A stretch of DNA of 64,000 nucleotides, from positions 62,001 to 126,000 of the forward strand of contig JAQGDQ010000434.1 of assembly GCA_030141605.1 (NCBI GenBank). Direction: 5' to 3'. Both the position numbers and the translations under genes were made by a program. The number at the start of each line of letters is the position of its first letter. Within the stretch, counting starts at the first letter, position 1. This DNA is from Tubiluchus corallicola (Eukaryota > Animalia > Priapulida). The notes beneath the pieces were generated by a model. That model was given only the letters and a program-made list of their open reading frames with translations. It was not told the DNA's origin and did not search any database. Positions 54,161 to 64,000 of this stretch are shown one piece after another.

Positions 54161-54653
54161 ATACCAAAAATAAACATGGTACTTGCAGTTATGGCGCATG
54201 GTATTTGTAGCAATGATAATCTCCATATGTAGGTGTAGTTTGTTATTTGCAGTCGTGGTATGCTTGTGTTGTCTGTTGAATTTAAGGCCAGCTTTAAATA
54301 AATAAATTAAAATAAACAATGCATTTGATTTGAGGGCAAAGCTTTTGAGAAAATCATAATACATTATAATTAACATTTACATGTATAGCACTTAAATATT
54401 AACAATAATGTTAGTGAAATTATCCATATCAAGACATGAACATTGTGTTTTCAGACAATGTTATAACTTGTGTCAAATCTGTCTTTGTTCTTTGTTCATA
54501 TAATCATGCTTGGGTTTTACAATTATTGTCAATAAGCATTGACAGTAATGTGAAGTCATAAGTGCTTATAGTCTTTAATTGAACTACTTTTTTTCAGATT
54601 GGTAGACGAAAAATGAAATTGCCACATTCATAAATTAACATTCGAGAATAGCC

Positions 54654-55163
54654 ATGTCGACTGTAAAAATAGGTAAAACAGCATTTGTTACAGTTGGTAC
54701 CACATCATTTGACAAACTTGTGAAAACTGTCAGCTCACCAGCGATTTGTAAACGTTTACATGAACTTGGTTTTTCCAAATTGATCATACAGTGTGGTCAG
54801 GGAATTCATAAAGTTTCAGGTACACACAAGCACGGAGTTGACATAGAAACATATGATTTCAAAAAATGTATAGCAGATGATATTTCTTCAGCTGACCTAG
54901 TTATTAGTCACGCAGGAGCTGGAAGTATTTTTGAGACACTGGAAGCAAACAAAAGATTACTTGTTGTGATAAATGAGGATTTAATGCACAATCATCAGCT
55001 TGAACTCGCAGAAAAGTTACAAGAGGATAGATATTTGTTATGTACAACCTGTGATAAAATAGAAAGCTCGCTGTTGTTATTAGATTCTATGACTTTGGTA
55101 CCATATGCAAGTGCTAAGCCTGAGAAATTTGCTCGTTTGATTGATGAGTTGATGGGTTATTGA
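54654..55163 (+). CDS. ALG13: UDP-N-acetylglucosamine transferase subunit ALG13 (short form, glycosyltransferase-28 C-terminal domain only), 169 aa
   Basis: Motifs FVTVGTTSFD, LIIQCG, ADLVISHAGAGS, VVINEDLMHNHQLELAEKL; good start context GCCATGT; an upstream acceptor (TTTTTTTCAG at 54597) implies a 5' UTR intron. Confidence 0.96.
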   Translation: MSTVKIGKTAFVTVGTTSFDKLVKTVSSPAICKRLHELGFSKLIIQCGQGIHKVSGTHKHGVDIETYDFKKCIADDISSADLVISHAGAGSIFETLEANKRLLVVINEDLMHNHQLELAEKLQEDRYLLCTTCDKIESSLLLLDSMTLVPYASAKPEKFARLIDELMGY

Positions 55164-56269
55164 CTTAACTAAACATTTCAGTTCTTCGGCGATTTGATTC
55201 GCAATATAATTACAATATGTAGCTTTCACACATACTCTAAAACTTCGAAAGATTGTGTCACCATGCAGGAGCTATAAAATTAGCAGTTCACTCTTAATAT
55301 GGATAACTGAAATTAGTGAAACTTTCTGTTATCTGACTTATTTCCATGACTATCAGTAGTTCACTAAAATACAAAATGTAGAAGTAGTGTAATATGCTTT
55401 GGTCTAGATACTGTCAGAGCAGTAGGAGTAAATCTATTTTTCCTCTAGATATTAATGCTTTTTAGTTCATTTGTACACAAGTAATATAAATAGTTGAATT
55501 AAGTTTCAAACTTATATTGTACAATACCACTCTTACAATAAAAGTCAAACAACACCTTTTTGACTTATGATTACCCAATGTTTCTCCTGCATTTGCTAGC
55601 TTGTTAGTTTTATTCTCATTCTTTTCTCCTGTTGTTTTAATTGAAGTACCTTATCTAGACAATTTTCACGGTGACACTTTGTTACCTGTACTACTGATAC
55701 TTGGTTACCCGATGAGATAGCTGCATTTATAGCCTCATGTAATGTCTTGGAACATTGTCTGCAATTCTACGGTCCGCAAAGCTGTACATATTGCGATATT
55801 CTCTTCTAAAAATGCACTAGTAATATAAAACAGTACAATTATTATACATTTTTGCTTCAGGACAGGCTACTAAATACTAGCCCTTTATATTGAATGAGAT
55901 CTATTTGCACCTGGTGCAAACTTTGCCCCAGCCTGTTGCCAAACCGGGGAGTATCCAGATGAAATTGTCCCATGGGCTTGAATTTCACTGTACAGTGTTT
56001 AGTATCTGCATATAGGCTTCAATGTTAACAAGTGAGAAACTGCTAGCTAGACATTGGTAAGAAAGTTAGATTGTTTTAAACAAGTAGAAAAAATTAATCA
56101 TTGGAAATATGAATAAAACACATAAAACATTCATTTATATGATTTAATCTGCATTTATTTTTGCATGTGGCACGTATCTCAGTTCTATGGAAGCCTTGGC
56201 TTCTTTTAACGATGTTTTGCTTGGCGTCGCCTTTTTTTGAAATGCATTGCAATTTCAAACATCGCTCCT

Positions 56270-56593
56270 AAAGATTAGCATTCTGTACCAATAAGAGAAT
56301 TGAACCGAATGTGTGACTTTCGCATTCAAATTGAACTTGAAAGATTTTCGAACCATAATTAAAAAATAGTCTTACAAAGATCATGCATATTACTCTATTT
56401 TGTTCGGCAGTAAACCACTAATAATTCGTTTAAAAATTGTGCACTCAAAGAACAGCTAAATTCTGCTAATTGCAAGATGTTTAAGACATTTTAATGATGA
56501 AGAACATGTGCAGTTGAAGTGCTGAATTATTCGAATCTATATTTTTAGGTTTGAATCGAATTCGTTCGAACTTGAATGTTCGTTGCTCACCTT
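56270..56593 (-). mobile_element. MITE copy 1 (degraded), inverted relative to copy 2
   Basis: Reverse-complement matches to 56825-57183, e.g. TAGTCTTACAAAGATCATGCATATTACTC, AAACCACTAATAATT, TTGAAGTGCTGAAT; ends TGCTCACC. Confidence 0.7.
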
Positions 56594-56824
56594 AACTCTA
56601 AAGCTGAGCTCTATCTTACATTCATTACCACTGAAAGTAAAATGTACTCATTCTTTACTTCCTTTGATCCTCCAAACATATATAGGTTCCCTTTCTAAGG
56701 CTACTCGAACACTCGATGCTCATACCATACCATACCGCCACTCTTAAACAGGAAGAGTTATATAGGTTGATCGAGCGGGCTCATTGTAATCCCATATTTC
56801 GTATCTAAATACCTATCCAGTTTG

Positions 56825-57183
56825 TAGGGGTAAGCATCGAACGTTTGAATTCGATTCGAACGAGTTTTTTTAGTTCGAATTGAATTCTAAACTAAAACTA
56901 TAGATTCGAATGATTCAGCACTTCAATCACATACGTTCTTTACCATTTAATTGTTTGAAACATTGTGCAATTCCCATAATTTAGCAGTGATTTCTGTGTA
57001 CAATTTTAAACAAATTATTAGTGGTTTTACTGCACAACAAACACGAGTAATATGCATGATCTTTGTAAGACTAATTTTTACTTCGAAAACTCATTTGAAA
57101 ATATTTCAATCTCTATTCGAATTCGAAATACTGAAGTTCGGTTTGATTCGAGTTCGCTTTCTTTTAGAGAATGCTCACCCCTA
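56825..57183 (+). mobile_element. MITE copy 2 with TAGGGGT(A/G)AGCA terminal inverted repeats, hAT-like
   Basis: TAGGGGTAAGCA ... TGCTCACCCCTA; TTCGAA-rich subterminal repeats; 8-bp flanks CCAGTTTG/CTAGCTTA match at 5/8, a possible decayed TSD. Confidence 0.75.
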
Positions 57184-57269
57184 CTAGCTTAATTTTGAAA
57201 TTGTTCACTAACAAGACTTTGTCACTAATGCTTTACTGTATATTGTTTTTATATGAGACAAATAAAAAA

Positions 57270-57520
57270 TCAATTCAGTTCAATATATTTCACTTCCTAA
57301 CCACTCTTTTCGTGAAAAAATATTTTCTGCAGTCCAATTTAGCTCTATATTTAAAAGTTTTAAGCAAGTGCCCTCTGGTTCTGCCATCATTTGACAGTGT
57401 AAGCAGTTTTTCCTTTCAACGCCATCTAACTCACGCATAATTTTATACGTTTGTGTCAAGTCTCGTCTATGTCTGCTCAACTCTAAAGTTGTAAGTGAGC
57501 ATTTTTTAAGCCTCTCTTGA
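57270..57520 (-). mobile_element. CR1-group LINE ORF2 3' fragment (decayed)
   Basis: ERLKKCSLTTLELSRHRRDLTQTYKIM, then after a frameshift RTRGHLLK..AKLDCRKYFFTKRVVRK*N; this is the typical CR1 ORF2 C-terminal pattern. Confidence 0.8.
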
Positions 57521-58689
57521 AACAATGATGTAACAACAGATATATTGGACATGTTACAAATAAACATTTATGTAACAGACCAGTTCATGGCGGTCGCGCA
57601 AAGGCGCAAAAATACTCTTTACTTTATTGTGCTAATGAAGATAACTCACATTGATATTTAAGTATGTGCAAATCGCTATGTTGCTGTGCATGTTGCAAAC
57701 TCTTCTGTCAATTGAATTTCTCAACTCTGTTTGTCTAAATGGGTAAAATATGTTTGCTTTTCTTGATGTGGCTAAAAATTAATTCATTAGGGTATTTACG
57801 CTAACGGTAGTCAGTACGTCGTAAGACGTTTTAATTGCGCCTAGCTGTGTTTCTATTCCATGCCCACACACATGAATCAAAACGGCTGAAACTGAAATGG
57901 CTGACCGCTACTGCGTGGTACTTCAATGAATAACATTATAGATATGTATAATCAACACGTTACTGTGCTTGGTCCTGATTTACAGATAGGTACCATACGT
58001 AGACAATGTATCAGTGCAAAAACGGTAGGAAAGCTGCCGAGAATTTTAGAGGAATAGAAACAAAAAAATGTCTTAATTTAAAAATGCAAAATAAAACAAA
58101 ATACAGAAGAATTAGTAATGACTGTAAAGAATGGCTAATTAGAGAAACTACTGAGTGTAAGTGTCTATCTAGTGATTAGTTCAATACTGAGATTAATTCA
58201 ATTCAATTTTATTTTCTCAACAGCAGTTAGAATTCAATATAATTATTTTTACATTTCATTGCAACTGAGAAGGAGCAGCGAGAGACCTATTGGTCACTTG
58301 ATCAGCTGCCCTTTATTAAAAATACAAGTTTACTTACAGACGCATGACAGTTTTTAGGTGTTTTTATATAAAAAAAACATTATAGTATTAAAAATAAGTT
58401 TGGTATTAAATTAAGTACTAAGTAGCAGAAATGTATGTTTAATCTAGTCAAATTTTTAAAGGGCAGAAAAATAGTAAGCGAGAATTGCTTGAGAATTAAT
58501 TATGAGGTTACGTTTTGAAAAGTAATAATAGTTGTACTATATGCATAAATTCATGGTAAAACAGAAACAGTAATGTCAAGATACAATACAAAAAAAAATC
58601 AATAAATATATTTCATATCAAATGAAAGCAAAAAACAAACAAAGTTCTTAAAGGCAATCAAAAATTATGGAGTAATAAAAGGATTACAT

Positions 58690-58962
58690 CAAACAAAATG
58701 CAATTCAACTCAAAGTAAAAAGAAGTTATCGTAAGCAAAGCAAAACAGAATTCAACTTAAAGCAAAAAATTATATCAAGCAAAAGCGACAAAAAATCTAC
58801 TCAAAGCAAAAACACAATTCAACTCAGAATAAAAGAAAGTTATCAGAAGCAATGCAAAATGGAATTTAACTTATAACAAAAAATTATATCAAACAAAAGC
58901 AACAAAATCAAACTCAAAGCGAAAATTTTATAAAGCAAACGCAATTCAACTGAAAGTTATCA
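58690..58962. repeat. Degenerate A-rich tandem repeat (~115-125 bp unit with internal subrepeats)
   Basis: CAATTCAACT recurs at ~58701, ~58815 and ~58942, with AAGTTATC and AAAAAATTATATCAA in register. Confidence 0.65.
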
Positions 58963-59021
58963 TCTGATATTTGAAAAAAGAATACCCCATTAAATCACTT
59001 GTCATTGTGCGCATGTTATCG

Positions 59022-59667
59022 AGTTTAAATTTTCATATTAAGTGGTTCCTCTCGCTATTTAATGTGTAGCTCCATGCTTTGTAGTTATGTTAATGTAAAC
59101 AAATCTATGTAACTAAACACGTGAAAGATGTGGCTAGGGAATCATTTGTGACTTCTACTGTGTGCAAGTTTTTTACTTCATCTTGTATCCAATAGATAGC
59201 AGCACCTTCGGTAGCATTTGCTGTTAGTAGACAGGATGCTGCGACTTTTTCCTATGCAGCACCACCTCGTACGTCGTTTTGCTGTCGTGACAATTTAGAT
59301 CAATCCTGTCGTGGCAGTCGTCCTGAGGTGGGCCACTTTTCAGCAGTTTAAATTTTCATATTAAGTGGTTCCTCTCGCTATTTAATGTGTAGCTCCATGC
59401 TTTGTAGTTATGTTAACGTAAACAAATCTGTGTAACTAAACACGTGAAAGATGTGGCTAGGGAATCATTTGTGACTTCTACTGTGTGCAAGTTTTTTACT
59501 TCATCTTGTATCCAATAGATAGCAGCACCTTCGGTAGCATTTGCTGTTAGTAGACAGGATGCTGCGACTTTTTCCTATGCAGCACCACCTCGTACGTCGT
59601 TTTGCTGTCGTGACAATTTAGATCAATCCTGTCGTGGCAGTCGTCCTGAGGTGGGCCACTTTTCAGC
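59022..59667. repeat. Near-perfect 323-bp tandem duplication (59022-59344 / 59345-59667)
   Basis: The copies are identical except for two substitutions that I could see (TTAATGT/TTAACGT, TCTATGT/TCTGTGT). Confidence 0.95.
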
Positions 59668-60311
59668 AAACCTGCTATGCTGTGCCATTCCACTGCAGCA
59701 CAGCCCACATTTTTACTCATAGTGATGACACCTATGGTTCTACACTCTCTATGAAGCCTATTGAGCATCCTGTAGTGTTATATTAGATATCTGCCTTCCT
59801 AATGTCTGTAAGAAACAACAGGCACATTATGGTTATAAATCAGTGGTGTACTTGCTAGTTCTAAATCTGAATACACACCAGCAAGTAGTGAGCCTATTAA
59901 AAATTGTATAAATTAAACTTCCACTTATCAATACATATTTAAAAAAAGTTTTATTAATGAGATTAATGCAATGAATAACATATAATTGTTTCTCCTAGCT
60001 TATTATGAGAAATGGTTTTAAAACAGGATCACTCAGAATTTTTTCATAAACCTGGAGTGAGTTTATTTAACACTTGTGAAATTTTGTTTATAATGCAAAA
60101 ACAGAACGTTAGATTTGCCCTTGCAACATTATGATAATCTTTCATTGCCTAGCTGAGATAATTGAGAACACTCGAATGTTTAATGTATTTTTATGGAATT
60201 TGAGAAATTTATTGTATTGACTAATGTGAATATTGTTTTTATTTATCTGTTCAGTTTATCATACATATTTATGCATGTAGTTATTATTGGTGAGCTGACT
60301 TACACACAGTA

Positions 60312-63300
60312 ATGATGTCATCTCTAGAGAATTCACCACTTTCTAAGGATTTTGTTAACCCTGAATCATCGGCAAACATTGCTGAAGAACCTGAAGGTGT
60401 AGAGTTTACTGCAAATTCCCCACAGAAAAGCTGCCAAGAAGAACAAAGTCAGGAAGTTCAAACAGGTGTGTAAGTTTCACTTCTTCCTCACTCTTGCCAG
60501 AATCATCATCACGTAGTTATTCTATCAGAAAAGCTCTTATTTTTTGTATTTAATTTCAGAATTTGAAGACATTTTTATTGTATCGGCAACTGTTGCTAAT
60601 AATGAACATTTTATTAAAAAGCTGGCTTATAAAATGTTACATGCATATCTTACAAATTATATGTATATGTTGCAAATAAGTTTAAAGTTCAGAATCCTGT
60701 TAATTCAAAAGATGAGTAAAAAGGACTGTACGGAGGTTCCTGTAGTCACTCATGAAATAGGTATCGATATATAAAGGTCATAAAGTAACAAACCTGATTG
60801 ACAAACCTTGGTAAAAATAAACATATGTAATCAACTTGTCTGTCATACAAACATAATCAACATTTGTCATTCACATTTATTATTAAGTGGTATGTACACA
60901 AATCAGTTGCTCCCTGTTGTGAATGATGTGTAGTTTTCAGTTCAAGTTCATGTATTTATTTCTAGATGCTTCTCGTTTATCAACCACTGCTGCATCAGGC
61001 GTACCGATGGTCGATGCACCGACCTTGTCACCTACGACAGTTACGGTTGCTGTTTCGGCTTTAGCAGCTTCAAGACCAACACGTCCAGTTAGACGTCCTC
61101 CTCCTACTGTTCACTTACCGCCACTAAGAAGAGCTTCATCAAGAACAATTAAGAAAAGGAAATTTGATGATGAGTTGGTGGAGAGTAGTCTTGTAAAAGT
61201 AGCACCGTATGTAGTTATATTGTTTTTCCAGTTTTCCTATAGTCATTATCAAACCACCATCTTAGCTGACTCTACATTGCCAAATAAAAGAAATAACGAG
61301 TGAACAAGTAATTACTATATAGACATCTTTTAATCGGTGCCGACATTAAAGCAACAACTTTTGCAATTAACAAGACCATCTGCAATGAGCAAACAATTAT
61401 TTCTATGCCGCACGCATCAAAAGATATGAAAACAGGTATAAGCAAATGTACTTCAATTGTTTACATAAAAAGCGCAAAAAATACCCGAAGTAATCAACAA
61501 ACATCAATCAAGAAACATCAGCCACATTGTGCAACTAACCACTATGTTACATTCGTCATTGATAACAGCTCATACCTGCTATGAGGGAAATATTTTCTGC
61601 TTGAGTAATCATTTGCACTGTGGCCTAAGTACACAACCATATAACCAGGTAGTTAAGTTCCAGTGGTAGGGAAGACATCTGATTGTTTAACTGGCTTGAA
61701 GTTTTTTTAATAAAAAGATCTTGTAGTTACTACTGTTTCTTTCATTTGGCAACTTGGATACCTATCTCACTCTGTGCTAAATAATCGTGCTAAAATGGCT
61801 ACTTTAATTAACACTGAATTCACAAATACTGTTGGAAAAGTATTTTCAATGTATTTCAATAGTGTTTTCTTGGTTTTTCTATGCAAAATACTCGCATATT
61901 GTTGTTTTACTAATGGTTTTTCTTATTTATGTAAATAACAAGTTATTACTTCTTTAGCAAATAATTTAAATAATCGATTTTGTTTTGTTTTAGTGGTGTT
62001 AACACTAGACAACGCACACAGTCAGGAGCCAGCAATACTTCAACATCAACAGATCATGCCTCTGTTACTACTGAAACACCACAGCCAGTAGTATCACTTA
62101 CACCCCTTCCTGCTAACATTAGTGTAGAGAAAAAGAAATTGGGCAGAACTGCTCAAAAGAGGCATCGCAAGCAGAAATCAAAGGTACATACTGTCATACT
62201 TGAGAAGATAACTTGCACCGCATCATATTAGTCACCCCTTATACACATTACAAGTAAGTCATACTATACTTGATGCAGCGTATGTGGTCAATACTCAATG
62301 TTGTTATGTAGTTTTGGCAAAAAATTACTTGCAACCAACTGGAACTAGGTCTGACCATGTTGATCTACCTAGCATAGTTTAGAACAGGTGGGTCAGCCTG
62401 ACCATGTATTCTTATACAATCTAGAACTGGTGTGTTAACCTCTGGGCCATGCCAAATTGCAGTTACTATTTTTGTTTCTGTGAAAAAAATTGATTGTGCC
62501 CATCCTTACAGACATACTACAATTAAAATTTCCAAGAATGGTTAATGCATATGCATTTGCGTATGTGTAATACACTTTTTGTTTTTAGTGTCAGCAAGGG
62601 TCTTCAAGCAAAGATCTTGGACGTTGGAAACCTACTGATGATTTAGCTTTAATTATAGCTGTCCAACAGGTACTTGTTATTCATAGTATTCTGCAGTACA
62701 ACTTTAAATGCAGGATTTGTACCTTTTTTACTTCCAGCACGCCACTGTGACATTAATGTTTATGCAGTAACTTGTATTTTAACGCTTTTATAGCTTAGGT
62801 TAGATTAGATTAGATTAGCCTTTGTTTGCTCCTATCAGTAGGGTATACCACAAACATCAGTGCAGCTAAATGAAAAATATCAGTTTGGGAAGATATTTTA
62901 GTGGTAGTTTGTAGCAATGAAACTACATAGGTTACCAAATTACTTAGTGTTAATAAATCGTAATTACTAACAAAATAAAGAGGCACCTTCTACTTAATTA
63001 ATGTGTAACATTTTTTCAGACAAACGACCTCCAAACTGTACACACAGGTACCAAGTTTTCTTGCAGGTTTACATTAAAGGATGTTCAGGAAAGATGGTAT
63101 GCTTTGTTGTATGATCCTGTTATCTCACGGTAACTATCTACACATCTTACTCGAAGTTGTTTTAATTATTTTAAAACATCTCAGCATTTTGCAGCTTACT
63201 ATATGAATGTGGCTAATATCGTATGTTTGTTTGCATTTATGTAGTTATTTGTTAGTAATTTAGTTTATTTATAGATTGGCAACACAAGCTATGCGCATGT

Positions 63301-63383
63301 TACATCCTGACATTGTATCGGCTATTCATGCAAAAGCTTTATTTAGCAAAGCGGAAGAAAATCTACTAGGCGACATAACTGCA
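60312..63383 (+). CDS. MCRS1: Microspherule protein 1 (MCRS1/MSP58; NSL and INO80 subunit); 5' portion, 6 coding exons, continues beyond the window
   Basis: Exons 60312-60465 (start exon inferred from phase only), 60966-61206, 61994-62183, 62589-62669, 63020-63129, 63275-63383. Motifs RRASSRTIKKRKFDDELVESSL, KDLGRWKPTDDL, TNDL..KFSCRFTL..QERWYALLYDPVIS, QAMRMLHP..KALFSKAEE. Confidence 0.93.
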
Positions 63384-64000
63384 GTGAGTATTGTATCTTT
63401 AGACAAAGACGCCTTTTTGATTAATTGCATTTTTGCTTGCAAAGCAACAGCTAGCTGAAATTTGTTGCTATTAAGTGTTATTTAATCCTCCAAAATTCTT
63501 GTTAATTCCATGGTGTAATTATTTATTAGTTTTATGAATGAGTCATTTCGATGCAAATATTTGCCACACGAGGAAATAAGTAACACTTTAACTTAGATTT
63601 AATAATTCTGCTTTTGATAAAATATTCATAGGGCTGTTTTTTTCATCAGTTCCCTTGGGAACTGACTAATAATTGGGAGTCTGTCTCCTTCCATTAATCT
63701 GTCCATTCTGTTGTCCATTGCCTTCAATGATCTTTCTCCCTTATGTTTTTGTAAGAATCGTCTGATCAACACAAATGACATCAGGATATGGCACAGAAGC
63801 TCCCGCAATAAAATTTAAAGTTTTCGACGTTCACTTAGTTAATTAATTTTCAAAAGCATGAAACTCTGAAGTCATTAAATGTTAGTGCTTTAATTTACTG
63901 TACAAGATCTAGAAATGTATGACAATCGATTTTCCGAGAAATTTTTGCCATTTTTTAATCACAGAATGATTTGTTATTCGTAATGTTGATTTATGCACCG

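Noticed and set aside
58690-59667. CRISPR-like or other spacer array
   Set aside because: Eukaryotic context, no constant repeat with unique spacers, and no cas genes.
63626-63808. 60-aa minus-strand ORF in an MCRS1 intron
   Set aside because: Not the expected next MCRS1 exon and no recognisable family; it cannot be judged at the window edge.

Overview
AT-rich, intron-dense animal DNA, probably invertebrate; the species cannot be identified from sequence alone. Manual splicing recovers four protein-coding genes. (1) The 3' part of WDR35/IFT121 (+ strand, 17 exons, 181-13625). (2) A complete RIM/unc-10 active-zone gene (- strand, 21 coding exons, 50485-17632), tail-to-tail with WDR35. (3) A short ALG13 with an intronless CDS (+, 54654-55163), head-to-head with RIM. 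(4) The 5' part of MCRS1 (+, 60312-63383, continuing past the window). Introns and spacers hold a 5'-truncated, lightly disabled APE-RT LINE, a CR1-type LINE scrap, several non-autonomous TIR elements (one a ~2 kb TTAA-flanked foldback), a 323-bp tandem duplication and simple repeats. I found no convincing new multi-gene system. The best oddities are all in RIM (a perfect 70-bp palindrome next to a 19-bp copy of a RIM splice donor, a GC-AG intron in the PDZ domain, a Piccolo/synaptotagmin-like acidic loop in C2A, and candidate in-phase truncating exons) plus a double-hairpin LINE 3' end. All identifications come from remembered family motifs; no database searches were run.
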